This document shows, piece by piece, positions 9,601 through 17,659 of a stretch of DNA of 27,434 bases. Under the pieces are notes generated by a model. That model did not search any database. It was not told where the DNA came from and saw only the letters and a list, made by a program, of their open reading frames with translations. Location of the stretch: IMG/VR virus record IMGVR_UViG_3300027672_000066, positions 1 to 27,434 of that record, one strand, 5' to 3'. The position numbers and the translations under genes were made by a program. Source of the DNA: a virus (lineage: Duplodnaviria; Caudoviricetes). Positions within the stretch are counted from its first letter, which is position 1. Every line of letters starts with the position of its first letter.

Positions 9601-12600
9601 TTGCCGACTGACAACTATGACTTAGTTGTTCATGCAGGAGTACCAAATAGAAGTGAATTCTTTAGTGCGATTGTAATAGAAAAAGTATCACTAGACAAAG
9701 CACATCCAGTATATGCTCTTGGCAATGTATCAACTTATTACAAAGGACTTGTTGTTTTAAACACTGGCGACAATAAGTACTATAAAAGAAAAATAGATGG
9801 AGTATCAGCAAAAGAAACAGCCGCCGCAATTACTTTTGATTATGCAAGTTGGACACTTATATCACAACCAAAAACTAACAAGTTCGGATTCAGAGTACAC
9901 GGATATGATGAGATTAATCCTACATTCTACTCAATGGCATGGGACAAAGCAAGTGGTGAGAAAACATTCTCAACCGCAGGTGACAAACTTACTTTAACAG
10001 AATGGCAGGCTGGAGAATATTACAGATTAGATTCTTATATATTACGAGAGGGCACTCCTTATGTCTGTCTTACAAATCACACATCAGTTACATTCGATGA
10101 TAACATCAAAGATTGGAAGCCAGTAACAGAATGGCCAACAACAAACAAAGTGCAGGCAAAGGGCTATAAAGAATTAGTAGACGACACTGTAAAGAATTAT
10201 AACTACGGTGATATTCTAAATTCAGTAGATGATGTTGCTCATTTATTAATGGGATATGAGCATTATCTTCAATTAGTAGGATGGGAATTTACAGACTCAG
10301 ATGAATTTGGAGATGTTATAAATTGGGAAAACTTATTAAATAAATTTTTAGAATGGCAATCAGAGCAACATGATATTGGAGACTTTATTACTCTTACTCC
10401 ATTGCTGACTGGTGGTAGTTTCGATGCAACTTACGGTGTTGCAAGTGTTTCTAGTGAAACCTTTAAGAACTACTATCGAGTAGTAGATGCTTCTGGCAGA
10501 CTTATACCAAATACTGAACTAAATTTTCACACAGATGGGTCGAGATTATCATTCACAAGCACTGTTCCTGTTTACGGAATAAAGGTGGATATAAGAGATA
10601 TCGAACATGCGTTTGTTGTTGACAGAATAGATAGTTATGGAGATATTATATATGATCCACACACTCATACTAGAAATCTTAGAATGCAAATTGATTGTAA
10701 TAGAACAGTCGATTGGGACGGAACTATGTCCGTTGATGGTTATCTTGTAAATGACAACCAATTAATACCAAACTTCGACACAATGATTGAAGAAACTCGT
10801 CACTATAGAAACACTCTTGTTGACCAGGGATTATCAGTTATTAACAAATTGAAATCAAATCATTACGGATATACAACTAGAGCATATCTATCAAATCACG
10901 GAATTGAAAGAGAATCACAATTAGAATTTTATAAAGGATTCTTATCTCACAAAGGAACAGACTCTAGTATTGATAAAATTATTAACAATAACGGAAACTT
11001 TAAGAATATAGCACACGCTGATATATGGGCAATTAAACTAAGTGATTATGGACACGTATCATCCAATTTCACAATGACTAAAGACGTAGTGGTCAATGAT
11101 ATGATTACTAATCCATACTTGATAGAATATACTAGTACGACTCCACTTCTTACTAATACTACAAAAAATGAAATAGCAATAAGAACAACAGGATATGTTG
11201 ATGCGGCAGATGTAAATTACATTGCTAGTACTCATAGTTCATTGACAGATTTATCAACGACAGCGACACTCTATGAAGGAGACACAGCATGGGTCCAGTT
11301 CGACACAGACCGAGATTGGGATGTAGTTAGACTGAGTGAAGTAGCAGAAATAAGTTATGTTGGCGAAACTTCTGATAATCAACTTTATATTGGAATGCTC
11401 ACTGCGATAGACTCTGCTTATGTTAACAAAGCAATTTATATAAAAATAAGCAGTGATGATATAGATCCTACTATAGATGGATATTACTTACTGGCTTCGA
11501 ACGGCACAAAATTAGTAAATGGTGCTACTATTTACGAATATCTAGTATTTGAAGAAGACTTCGAACCTTTAATTGTCGAGATAGATTCAGCAACAACTAA
11601 CAGTATCTTTGTCCCAACTAATGCAGATTCGGGCGTAGAAGCCATTGCCACAGTGAGTAATCCTACGATTGCTAATGGTGATACATTAATTATTGATGGT
11701 ACTAGTGTTTCTTACACACCGGCTAGTGCATCTGCTTCTGGTATTACAATACTAGGCACAGTTGCAAATCCAACAGTATCTGAGGGCGAACAAGCAAGAT
11801 TTGTTATTTACAACAGCAGTGGATTAGTTGAGAATGGCACAAATACTACAGTCACATTCTCTGGCACGGTTGCAACAACAACGGGGTCATTTAGTTCGAC
11901 CCATGGTGACCAAGTAACAATAGACGGGAATACATTAACGGTAGATTATGCTGGAAGTCAGAGTATATCACTAACTTCAACTGCTACTAGAACTTCGCCA
12001 TCGACTACAGGAAATACTGTTGTTATTGATGGAGTATCAAAGACAGTCGCAAACTTGAGTGCTACTGGTACTGCTTATACAGCCACCACGTCATCAGCCG
12101 AATATTTAAATATTAATGGAACACAAGTAGAGATTGCAAGTGGTAGTACACTTACTAACATTGTTGATATTATCAACTCTTCAGCAGTGCCAGTAACTGC
12201 ATTAGATTCATCGGGTGCATTAAATCTAACAACCTCTGAGCCATCTTTAATTCTACTTGGTTCATTCTTAAATGATTTAGGATTGAGTACAACTGGCTCT
12301 AAAAACTTATATAAACTAGATAACTTAGCAACCGAACTTAATACAATAACTAATATCACATGTAATGTTGGTGCTGACAATCGTATGACAATAACAAGTG
12401 CTGGAACTTCAATGATTATTTCTGGAACAGCATTAACTGAATTAGGAATAACAGCAGGCACATACACTGCAAATGATAATCCAACGTCAGCAAGTGTCGT
12501 CTCCCAAATAAATGCAATGAATATTCAAGGAGTGACTGCGACTGTTGTGAGTGGCGCAATTAAAATAACAAGTACAAATCATAACCTAGATATAGTCGAG

Positions 12601-15600
12601 GTGACTTCGAGTGCCATGAGTAGATTAGGATTCTCAACAACATCAATTGCAATTGATGCCACAGATAAAATAGTTTCTGACTTAAACGCACAAGTGTTTC
12701 AAACATCAACAACTACAGCAACAAAATCAGATAGACAGGTACTAATAACAAGTTCAGAAAGTAGTATAGTTACTAGTAACATTTCAGGTAATCCTCTTTC
12801 GGATATAGGAATAACTGCTGGCACATATTCTAACACTTCAGTTGTGAGTGTTAGTGCATTGGCATTCGCCTCTCAAGTGACCGGTGCAACTTCAGTAGTT
12901 GCCAAAGTGTCAAGTGATGGTAGAATGATATTCACTAATGATAACGTAAGTATGTCATTTGTTGGAACAAGCAGTGCAATATTAACCAAAATAGGACTTT
13001 CATTAGAATATTCAAACGTAACGAGTAGTGCTAATTTCAAAGCAATGATTTGGAAATCAGTACGATTTACTCCTACGTTTAATGGTACAAATTGGACGGA
13101 ATTCTACAATGCGATAGGGCTAAACAGCAAAAGTAAATTATGGGCAGATGATTGGAATGCCTCGGGATGGGCAGTTCTTGACAGAAATGACTCAGGATTA
13201 CTTTCAATACATGCTAGACAATCAAAGACTATCAATACAGATTTAACAAAAAGATTAATAGTACAAGATGGTGAAAACTTTATTAATCACCAACTATACG
13301 ACCCACTTAACTTAAAAATGCCTGGAACAATTGTTTCTAAATTAGAATATGTTACATGGAATGATCCTGCAAGTTACGACACAACTGATAGTTCTGATAT
13401 TTGGTTAGATGAAAAACTAGGCAAGATATGGTGGGACACAGACTTAGCAAGATTCTATAGATATAATGATTATGGTGATTCTAATGGAAACTTAAATGTC
13501 AACTATGTGAAGAAATATTGGGGTAGATTAGTAGCAAGTTCAGAAGTAGTTGTAAACAAATGGACAAAATCTAGAATATTACCAGAATCAATAGCATCAT
13601 ACAATTCTAAGCAGTATTATGATGAGATAGCAGATAAAGAAGTTATCGATTATTTCTATTGGGCATCTGATAGCGATGACTGTAAAGAAATTGCGATGTT
13701 GATTAATTCTGAAGGACCTAAAAATAAATTCTTACCAGTTGGCACATCAAGTGCGATTATTAGTAATAATGCTACATCATATGATAGCGAAACTATAAGC
13801 ACAACATTACATTACCAAAAAGAAACTGGACTTCGTAAAGGAAATACTGATTGGGAATTATTATCAGAGGCTTCAGATTACGTTGTTCCTAAGAAATTCT
13901 TAAATGATATGACTGAATCTGTTTCTAATGTTAAAATATTAAAAACATATGCGACAAAACTTACAGCACAACAACTGACTGATGTCAACCACGCATATAT
14001 TCGAGTTGACTGGATTGGTGACTTAACAACTGATGCTATCGTAGTTACGACCAATAGCAAGATTACTGGCGAAGGTAGTATTACTGTAAATGCAAGTTAT
14101 TTGGCAATTGAAAGTGGAACTACAACATCAGGCTCATTTGAGATTGGAAAAGAATATCAGATAAAAACAGTAGGAACAACAGACTTCACATTAATCGGAG
14201 CCGATGATAACGATCTTCACACAGTATTTACAGCAACAGGAGTAGGAACCGGCGATGGTACAGCCAGTTATTCTAACTTGAAGATATCTCGAACAGCACA
14301 TTCAATGGCGGCTGAAGACATATTAAGAGTTTACAAAGTAGAAAGTAAAACAGATAATTGGTTCTCAAACAATACTAGGGCTAAAAGTAACTTTGCTTCA
14401 ATTATAAACAACACAATGAGCAAGAAAATGCTATCAGCATTGTATTCTAACTATACTCAATACCTAGACACTGATGATATTATTTTTAGTCTAAGTGATT
14501 GGTATCTAAATGATAATTATAAGACAATAGATGCTTTCTCGTATCTATCGACTACGACTAATTTTGATATGCTTGCCGAGTATGCAAACGGAGTGAACTC
14601 ATTTAAGGTGAAATTACCAACACATAACGAATATTACTTCGAACATAATGGTGCATTGAAATTAGTTAATAGAAGTAATAGTGTTTTGAATGTGTCGTTA
14701 GATAGTCTTGTGTATCCAGAAACAGGACATGACACTTATTACAACAATGCAGTAGGAATTCAGATTCACGAATTAATGAATATGATTGAAGATTATCCTG
14801 ATGTTTCATTTATTAATGACATCTTCTTCGCTATGATTAATTATTTGTATACAGAGAAAACATATCCTTCTTGGTTGTTTAAGACAAGTTATATAGATTT
14901 GAATTTATATAATAGAGATTTAAAACAACATGCAGTCTATCAAAGAGATAGTGAAGCAGATGTATTAGAATATATTAGAGAGACTAAACCATACCATGCT
15001 AAGATAAGAGAAATTAAGCGAATTCATTCAACAGCAGAATCAATGAATTCCACTACTACGATTGCAGAGAATATGAATCTTACTTTGGGCTTTGGTACTA
15101 CTAATTCTGCAACTGGCAAAAATCATAGCAGATATGAAGAACCATTGTACGATGGAAACGCAACCACAGATATTCCCGATGGAGAATATGAACAAGGCGC
15201 ATTACTGAGAAACAGATTCACGCCAACAACAGGAACGACTGGCTTTGATACTGGATTCGTAAGATTTGACGGACTAGAATCATCAGTAGTAACGTTACAA
15301 ACATACACAGGTGCTATTGTAGATGTTACGGACGGTGCTTCGTTATCACACTCTGAAACGGTTGACAAAACACAATTTTATGTGTATGATGTATATGGTA
15401 GAGGTTATAGTATTGATGTGGATGCAACAGGCACTATTTCATCATTTGATGGTACAACACTTGTTGTAAATGACCATTCACTATTTGATGATGGTGCGTC
15501 TGATACCAATAAAAAATTGATAGCCGTACAGAAAGCAGGCACTTCTAACGTAGAATTTATGATGTACGATAAAAAAGCCGGGGCTGGTGGCACATCATTG

Positions 15601-15726
15601 ACAATCAGTGACAGAACATTGTATACGGGTCTAGGATATACATTCTCGAATGCTGACCTAGTATATGTACTTGCTCCATTGCAATTAGTTAGAAATAACG
15701 ATGAAGGATTGGATAATATACTTTAA
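6643..15726 (+). CDS. giant virion structural protein (3027 aa), probable baseplate wedge gp7-position / fibre-anchoring protein
   Basis: Starts 1 nt after the gp6 stop. N-terminal IYDFLPGHL and PIDLDKFVNY..YYW, QLEFYKGFL..KGT, late EYIRETKPYHAK motif (comparable to the gp7-type 'P.H' motif). Contains Ser/Thr-rich beta-domain inserts, CBM5/12-like motifs and flagellin-IN-like repeats. Confidence 0.7.
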   Translation: MAKKIYDFLPGHLKNSELETVFETTLDRVFSVGEMEKTKAFVGRKEKGIYNNNDVYLSFPSQSYARDNYGLEPTFTNTDATDNVFYDDLLNALYNKGALTNDHRRLFKSTLETVQLPIDLDKFVNYGMYYWVSPGFDASITGSTKKHYVTIDKGDLDVWSDNNSWYHYDDIKSLITDANFTLISQALRPIIEFDKYLELSDSSPASEIEFPKFKTYDSNNDYIVDGDSEIFHYVTGSGYTTDTELGFKPKLKAGDYQSEYVFKIILPETSAYKINASYKKLYITSTFDYRNLRQELGDTVKMSELELLQTPKNSNTIDLYVDGQKQIGNYTYSSTTDKLTMDGTGNTTTVFADGIVTNKQHTILVPGDTDFISIGAADNNVGTKFIATGVGTGTGTATYDTISGNIYVDYCTDTPVVYDGQTVFQRIDPSVEYNVDNKSYVNTELSYSLVFEHFIRIIETVSGLTGSSIANNNYRDIGTNTDKLRYAAQGSILIRNTIDIKEAYFALTRDDYDPIKATEFLSGAYSGYKNKLLTTIISILNSSASTTKSDLQILEEAISTISLGKHSSVSIFRDSSMLNFGENHSHYEELAVSVVAGALTRPVPTFNDTIDNKKDLVIIRNGVIQRLNIDYTLNTGITEITLTTALASNDILTVRNYTNIKETFIPPSATSLGIAPAYSPQVITDVGYSPSVSFIQGHDGSLIPSYETRIDTILLAFETLIFNNLSDNTTAKIDSMNYGLYDTAGVDYSTGEKKYTMYPFFKKWMMRNEIDSLDNDSYDAADYKTWNYRAKNDTLAGHWRGQLFHEYGTDRPLTEPWKAIKLSQKPTNFDSTYGSDYTQQSFWNTLIGSNSLTCQMPVDVAGNLKSPTDLFFGGVFTPDDIALADQAWEFGDNSPVELAWTRSSEFAFAEFMLMLLSNPFKVIYEYSTQIRNIITYSNKNEGIDTSLVVADKANYSFKLGSKLGGFVNNFKLQSENNSLSNSRFTELPTDNYDLVVHAGVPNRSEFFSAIVIEKVSLDKAHPVYALGNVSTYYKGLVVLNTGDNKYYKRKIDGVSAKETAAAITFDYASWTLISQPKTNKFGFRVHGYDEINPTFYSMAWDKASGEKTFSTAGDKLTLTEWQAGEYYRLDSYILREGTPYVCLTNHTSVTFDDNIKDWKPVTEWPTTNKVQAKGYKELVDDTVKNYNYGDILNSVDDVAHLLMGYEHYLQLVGWEFTDSDEFGDVINWENLLNKFLEWQSEQHDIGDFITLTPLLTGGSFDATYGVASVSSETFKNYYRVVDASGRLIPNTELNFHTDGSRLSFTSTVPVYGIKVDIRDIEHAFVVDRIDSYGDIIYDPHTHTRNLRMQIDCNRTVDWDGTMSVDGYLVNDNQLIPNFDTMIEETRHYRNTLVDQGLSVINKLKSNHYGYTTRAYLSNHGIERESQLEFYKGFLSHKGTDSSIDKIINNNGNFKNIAHADIWAIKLSDYGHVSSNFTMTKDVVVNDMITNPYLIEYTSTTPLLTNTTKNEIAIRTTGYVDAADVNYIASTHSSLTDLSTTATLYEGDTAWVQFDTDRDWDVVRLSEVAEISYVGETSDNQLYIGMLTAIDSAYVNKAIYIKISSDDIDPTIDGYYLLASNGTKLVNGATIYEYLVFEEDFEPLIVEIDSATTNSIFVPTNADSGVEAIATVSNPTIANGDTLIIDGTSVSYTPASASASGITILGTVANPTVSEGEQARFVIYNSSGLVENGTNTTVTFSGTVATTTGSFSSTHGDQVTIDGNTLTVDYAGSQSISLTSTATRTSPSTTGNTVVIDGVSKTVANLSATGTAYTATTSSAEYLNINGTQVEIASGSTLTNIVDIINSSAVPVTALDSSGALNLTTSEPSLILLGSFLNDLGLSTTGSKNLYKLDNLATELNTITNITCNVGADNRMTITSAGTSMIISGTALTELGITAGTYTANDNPTSASVVSQINAMNIQGVTATVVSGAIKITSTNHNLDIVEVTSSAMSRLGFSTTSIAIDATDKIVSDLNAQVFQTSTTTATKSDRQVLITSSESSIVTSNISGNPLSDIGITAGTYSNTSVVSVSALAFASQVTGATSVVAKVSSDGRMIFTNDNVSMSFVGTSSAILTKIGLSLEYSNVTSSANFKAMIWKSVRFTPTFNGTNWTEFYNAIGLNSKSKLWADDWNASGWAVLDRNDSGLLSIHARQSKTINTDLTKRLIVQDGENFINHQLYDPLNLKMPGTIVSKLEYVTWNDPASYDTTDSSDIWLDEKLGKIWWDTDLARFYRYNDYGDSNGNLNVNYVKKYWGRLVASSEVVVNKWTKSRILPESIASYNSKQYYDEIADKEVIDYFYWASDSDDCKEIAMLINSEGPKNKFLPVGTSSAIISNNATSYDSETISTTLHYQKETGLRKGNTDWELLSEASDYVVPKKFLNDMTESVSNVKILKTYATKLTAQQLTDVNHAYIRVDWIGDLTTDAIVVTTNSKITGEGSITVNASYLAIESGTTTSGSFEIGKEYQIKTVGTTDFTLIGADDNDLHTVFTATGVGTGDGTASYSNLKISRTAHSMAAEDILRVYKVESKTDNWFSNNTRAKSNFASIINNTMSKKMLSALYSNYTQYLDTDDIIFSLSDWYLNDNYKTIDAFSYLSTTTNFDMLAEYANGVNSFKVKLPTHNEYYFEHNGALKLVNRSNSVLNVSLDSLVYPETGHDTYYNNAVGIQIHELMNMIEDYPDVSFINDIFFAMINYLYTEKTYPSWLFKTSYIDLNLYNRDLKQHAVYQRDSEADVLEYIRETKPYHAKIREIKRIHSTAESMNSTTTIAENMNLTLGFGTTNSATGKNHSRYEEPLYDGNATTDIPDGEYEQGALLRNRFTPTTGTTGFDTGFVRFDGLESSVVTLQTYTGAIVDVTDGASLSHSETVDKTQFYVYDVYGRGYSIDVDATGTISSFDGTTLVVNDHSLFDDGASDTNKKLIAVQKAGTSNVEFMMYDKKAGAGGTSLTISDRTLYTGLGYTFSNADLVYVLAPLQLVRNNDEGLDNIL
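7690..7836 (+). repeat. third copy of the ~48-aa module
   Basis: VFADGIVTNKQHTILVPGDTDFISIGAADNNVGTKFIATGVGTGTGTAT. Confidence 0.85.
11641..13002 (+). repeat. five nested flagellin-hook-IN-like domains inside the 3027-aa protein
   Basis: Five N-halves (for example GDTLIIDG, GDQVTIDG, GNTVVIDG, EYLNING) are followed by five C-halves (helix ..IN.. / V.A / G.L.ITS / L..LG). Confidence 0.7.
14122..14265 (+). repeat. fourth copy of the ~48-aa module
   Basis: TTSGSFEIGKEYQIKTVGTTDFTLIGADDNDLHTVFTATGVGTGDGTA; DNA visibly similar to 4209-4277. Confidence 0.9.
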
Positions 15727-15768
15727 TATCTAATTAATTCTATTAGAATAGAAGTAAATGGATAAACG

Positions 15769-15793
15769 CATAAATACATTAAGTAGATAAATA
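15769..15793 (+). promoter_or_regulatory. putative tandem T4-like late promoters (CATAAATA 15769-15776, GATAAATA 15786-15793)
   Basis: Two ATAAATA cores in the 93-bp gap before the structural gene at 15820, followed by a GAGG ribosome binding site. Confidence 0.55.
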
Positions 15794-15819
15794 TAAGAAA
15801 CACTCTAAGAGGCGAACAC

Positions 15820-16470
15820 ATGTTTAAAGACGTAATACAGTCACAAGTAATTGGCACACTGAAAATATATGATAAAGACAGTGGTGAAGTGCTTGTACAA
15901 AAGAAAAATGCAATTCATCCAGGAAACATGGCATATGTCCTTGCTTCCGCGATGGCAGGCAAGCCAACTAGTGTAAACAGTTCAGGTGATGCACCCCACA
16001 TCAATTGGATGCAATTCGGCAAAGGTGGAAGTGTTTCTACTACCACTCTTTCTTATAAGTCTCCAAGAGTAAATTCTACATATGACGAGTTAGCAGTCAC
16101 GGCTAGTAACTCATCGTTGTATACACCAACCTACGAACAAGAAACAGTAAATACTGTGTCTTTTCCAGGACAAGACATAGGTGGGGTACTAGTACCAAAC
16201 AATACAGCAAAAGTTAATTTCAGTGTGAATATAAGTCACGCGGACTACGCAACGGCTGTAGGGGGTTCGATTCCAGCAAATGATAGTGTGGTAGCACCAG
16301 ACTATACTTTTGATGAAATTGGATTGTTGGCTGGGGTACGCAATTCTGGTGCAACGACCTTAGATAGAACAAAAACATTAATGCTGACACATGTGACATT
16401 TCATCCCGTGTTGCTGTCGGCAAATAGAACAATTGTAATTGATTATACAGTTACAATTCAAATTAGTTAA
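15820..16470 (+). CDS. virion structural protein, probable baseplate/tail-fibre attachment subunit
   Basis: G.LKIYD...GEVLVQKKNAIH, MQFGKGG, YTFDEIGL, MLTHVTFHPV..SANRTIVIDYTVTIQ pattern resembling tail-collar/fibre-base proteins; position after the wedge genes; GAGG RBS. Confidence 0.6.
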   Translation: MFKDVIQSQVIGTLKIYDKDSGEVLVQKKNAIHPGNMAYVLASAMAGKPTSVNSSGDAPHINWMQFGKGGSVSTTTLSYKSPRVNSTYDELAVTASNSSLYTPTYEQETVNTVSFPGQDIGGVLVPNNTAKVNFSVNISHADYATAVGGSIPANDSVVAPDYTFDEIGLLAGVRNSGATTLDRTKTLMLTHVTFHPVLLSANRTIVIDYTVTIQIS

Positions 16471-16489
16471 AACTTAGAGGAGTATAACA

Positions 16490-17404
16490 ATGGCTTCAGG
16501 CTCACAAATAACAAACTCAGACTTAAATAGTCTGAGAAATCAAATGAATACCATACTTAATGGAACTGGAGTGCATGGTGGTTATAACCAATCACATACA
16601 ATTCAGGCAAACCCAGCGGCTGGCGCCCAAATTGATGATGCATATCATGACTCATTATATAGTGCCGCGGCTAAACTTGCAAATTATTATAACATATCAA
16701 ACCCATTTACGGCAGTAGATGAGGGGAACACAGTTAACTGGTCTCAAATGGGCTCAGTTGCGTCTACTTTCCAAACAGACATAACGAATCGTTTCGATGC
16801 CCCATGGACTTATAGTTCAGGTTGGGACACTAGTGTTCAAAATGAAACATCAGAAACAGCATCAAACTGGAATGGTACAAGAACACAAATCGTTCGTGCT
16901 TCATTCGGTTCAGAGGCTAATCTAAACGCTTGGTTCGCCGCGGGTGGTGAACTTAGAGTTACATCATCACATAGTGATTCAACAAGTAACCAACAAGGTA
17001 CTTCTTGGGAACAACTATGTTCTGAACTAGGAACTTTTACTTATTCAGTAAGACCACAAGATTCAACTTCAGTTGATGCACGTACACGTTACAAGCACAG
17101 TGACTTAACTGGTTCTTATGTTGAACATAAGAAAGAAATTGCAGATGATTCAGACTATACAGCAAACTATATTCAAGTTTCTGCATATGTAACTGGTGGC
17201 GATATATACATTAAAACTATATTAAACGATGCTCACGTGGCTCGTTCAGGTAGTGGCTCTGGTTATGGTGGAGCATGGTCTTGGACTGGTGCTGATACTG
17301 TACCTGGAACATCAACTGTAACAGTTGCTTCGTTGAAGTCTACAAATGCAGGCAGTTCGGTTAGTTTAACTAATCCAACTTGTACTGTTACGGATGCTTT
17401 ATAA
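16490..17404 (+). CDS. virion structural protein (Ser/Thr/Gly-rich, tail-associated)
   Basis: Strong GAGGAG RBS; repeated G..I...... N-terminal motifs (GSQITNSD, GAQIDDAY, GNTVNWSQ), WFAAGGELRV; composition typical of phage structural proteins. Confidence 0.6.
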   Translation: MASGSQITNSDLNSLRNQMNTILNGTGVHGGYNQSHTIQANPAAGAQIDDAYHDSLYSAAAKLANYYNISNPFTAVDEGNTVNWSQMGSVASTFQTDITNRFDAPWTYSSGWDTSVQNETSETASNWNGTRTQIVRASFGSEANLNAWFAAGGELRVTSSHSDSTSNQQGTSWEQLCSELGTFTYSVRPQDSTSVDARTRYKHSDLTGSYVEHKKEIADDSDYTANYIQVSAYVTGGDIYIKTILNDAHVARSGSGSGYGGAWSWTGADTVPGTSTVTVASLKSTNAGSSVSLTNPTCTVTDAL

Positions 17405-17419
17405 TTTTTTAGTATAGAA

Positions 17420-17522
17420 TTGAAGTAATGACTCGGGATACAGATAAGTCGTCTCGTTGTTACAAGGTAACATCATAAAGTTCAGTAACAACATCATTGT
17501 GAGATGATTTTTCTGACTTCAA
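17420..17522 (+). ncRNA. candidate structured RNA element of unknown family
   Basis: Nested complementary segments TTGAAGT/ACTTCAA (17420-26/17516-22), AGTCGTCTC/GAGATGATT (17447-55/17501-09, two G-U pairs) and GTTGTTAC/GTAACAAC (17456-63/17485-92). Confidence 0.35.
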
Positions 17523-17532
17523 CAAATATTAA

Positions 17533-17563
17533 CGCCAACTAGCACATCAGATGTTAGTTGGCG
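17533..17563 (+). terminator. strong hairpin, possible terminator or processing stem at the end of the structural transcript
   Basis: CGCCAACTAGCA-catcaga-TGTTAGTTGGCG, a 12-bp stem with one G-U pair; there is no clean U-tract after it. Confidence 0.5.
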
Positions 17564-17605
17564 ATATTAATCACAAACTTATTACCATATTTCTTCTCTT
17601 TAGAC

Positions 17606-17634
17606 TTGACTTTCAAGGCGTTTTACTGTATTAT
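17606..17634 (+). promoter_or_regulatory. sigma70-type promoter for the glycosyltransferase / radical SAM operon
   Basis: TTGACT (17606-11), 17-nt spacer, TATTAT (17629-34); AGGAG RBS at 17647-51 before ATG 17660. Confidence 0.8.
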
Positions 17635-17659
17635 TAATACTATTACAGGAGAATAAATT

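Noticed and set aside
4071-14265. Diversity-generating retroelement, intein or CRISPR explanation for the repeated module
   Set aside because: Differences between copies are not confined to adenines, no reverse transcriptase is present in the window, there are no intein Cys/His-Asn termini, and there is no repeat-spacer periodicity.
16261-16277. tRNA T-arm-like GGTTCGATTCC
   Set aside because: It lies inside the 216-aa CDS, only 2 bp of T-stem can form, and no acceptor stem or cloverleaf is present.
17428-17478. 16-codon ORF MTRDTDKSSRCYKVTS as a possible RiPP precursor for the radical SAM enzymes
   Set aside because: It has no ribosome binding site, lies upstream of the operon promoter and overlaps the predicted RNA stems; an ORF this short is expected by chance.
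17405-17659. Known SAM riboswitch or hammerhead ribozyme in the intergenic region
   Set aside because: I could not find the consensus cores on either strand, and the structure lies upstream of the sigma70 promoter; kept only as an unclassified candidate.
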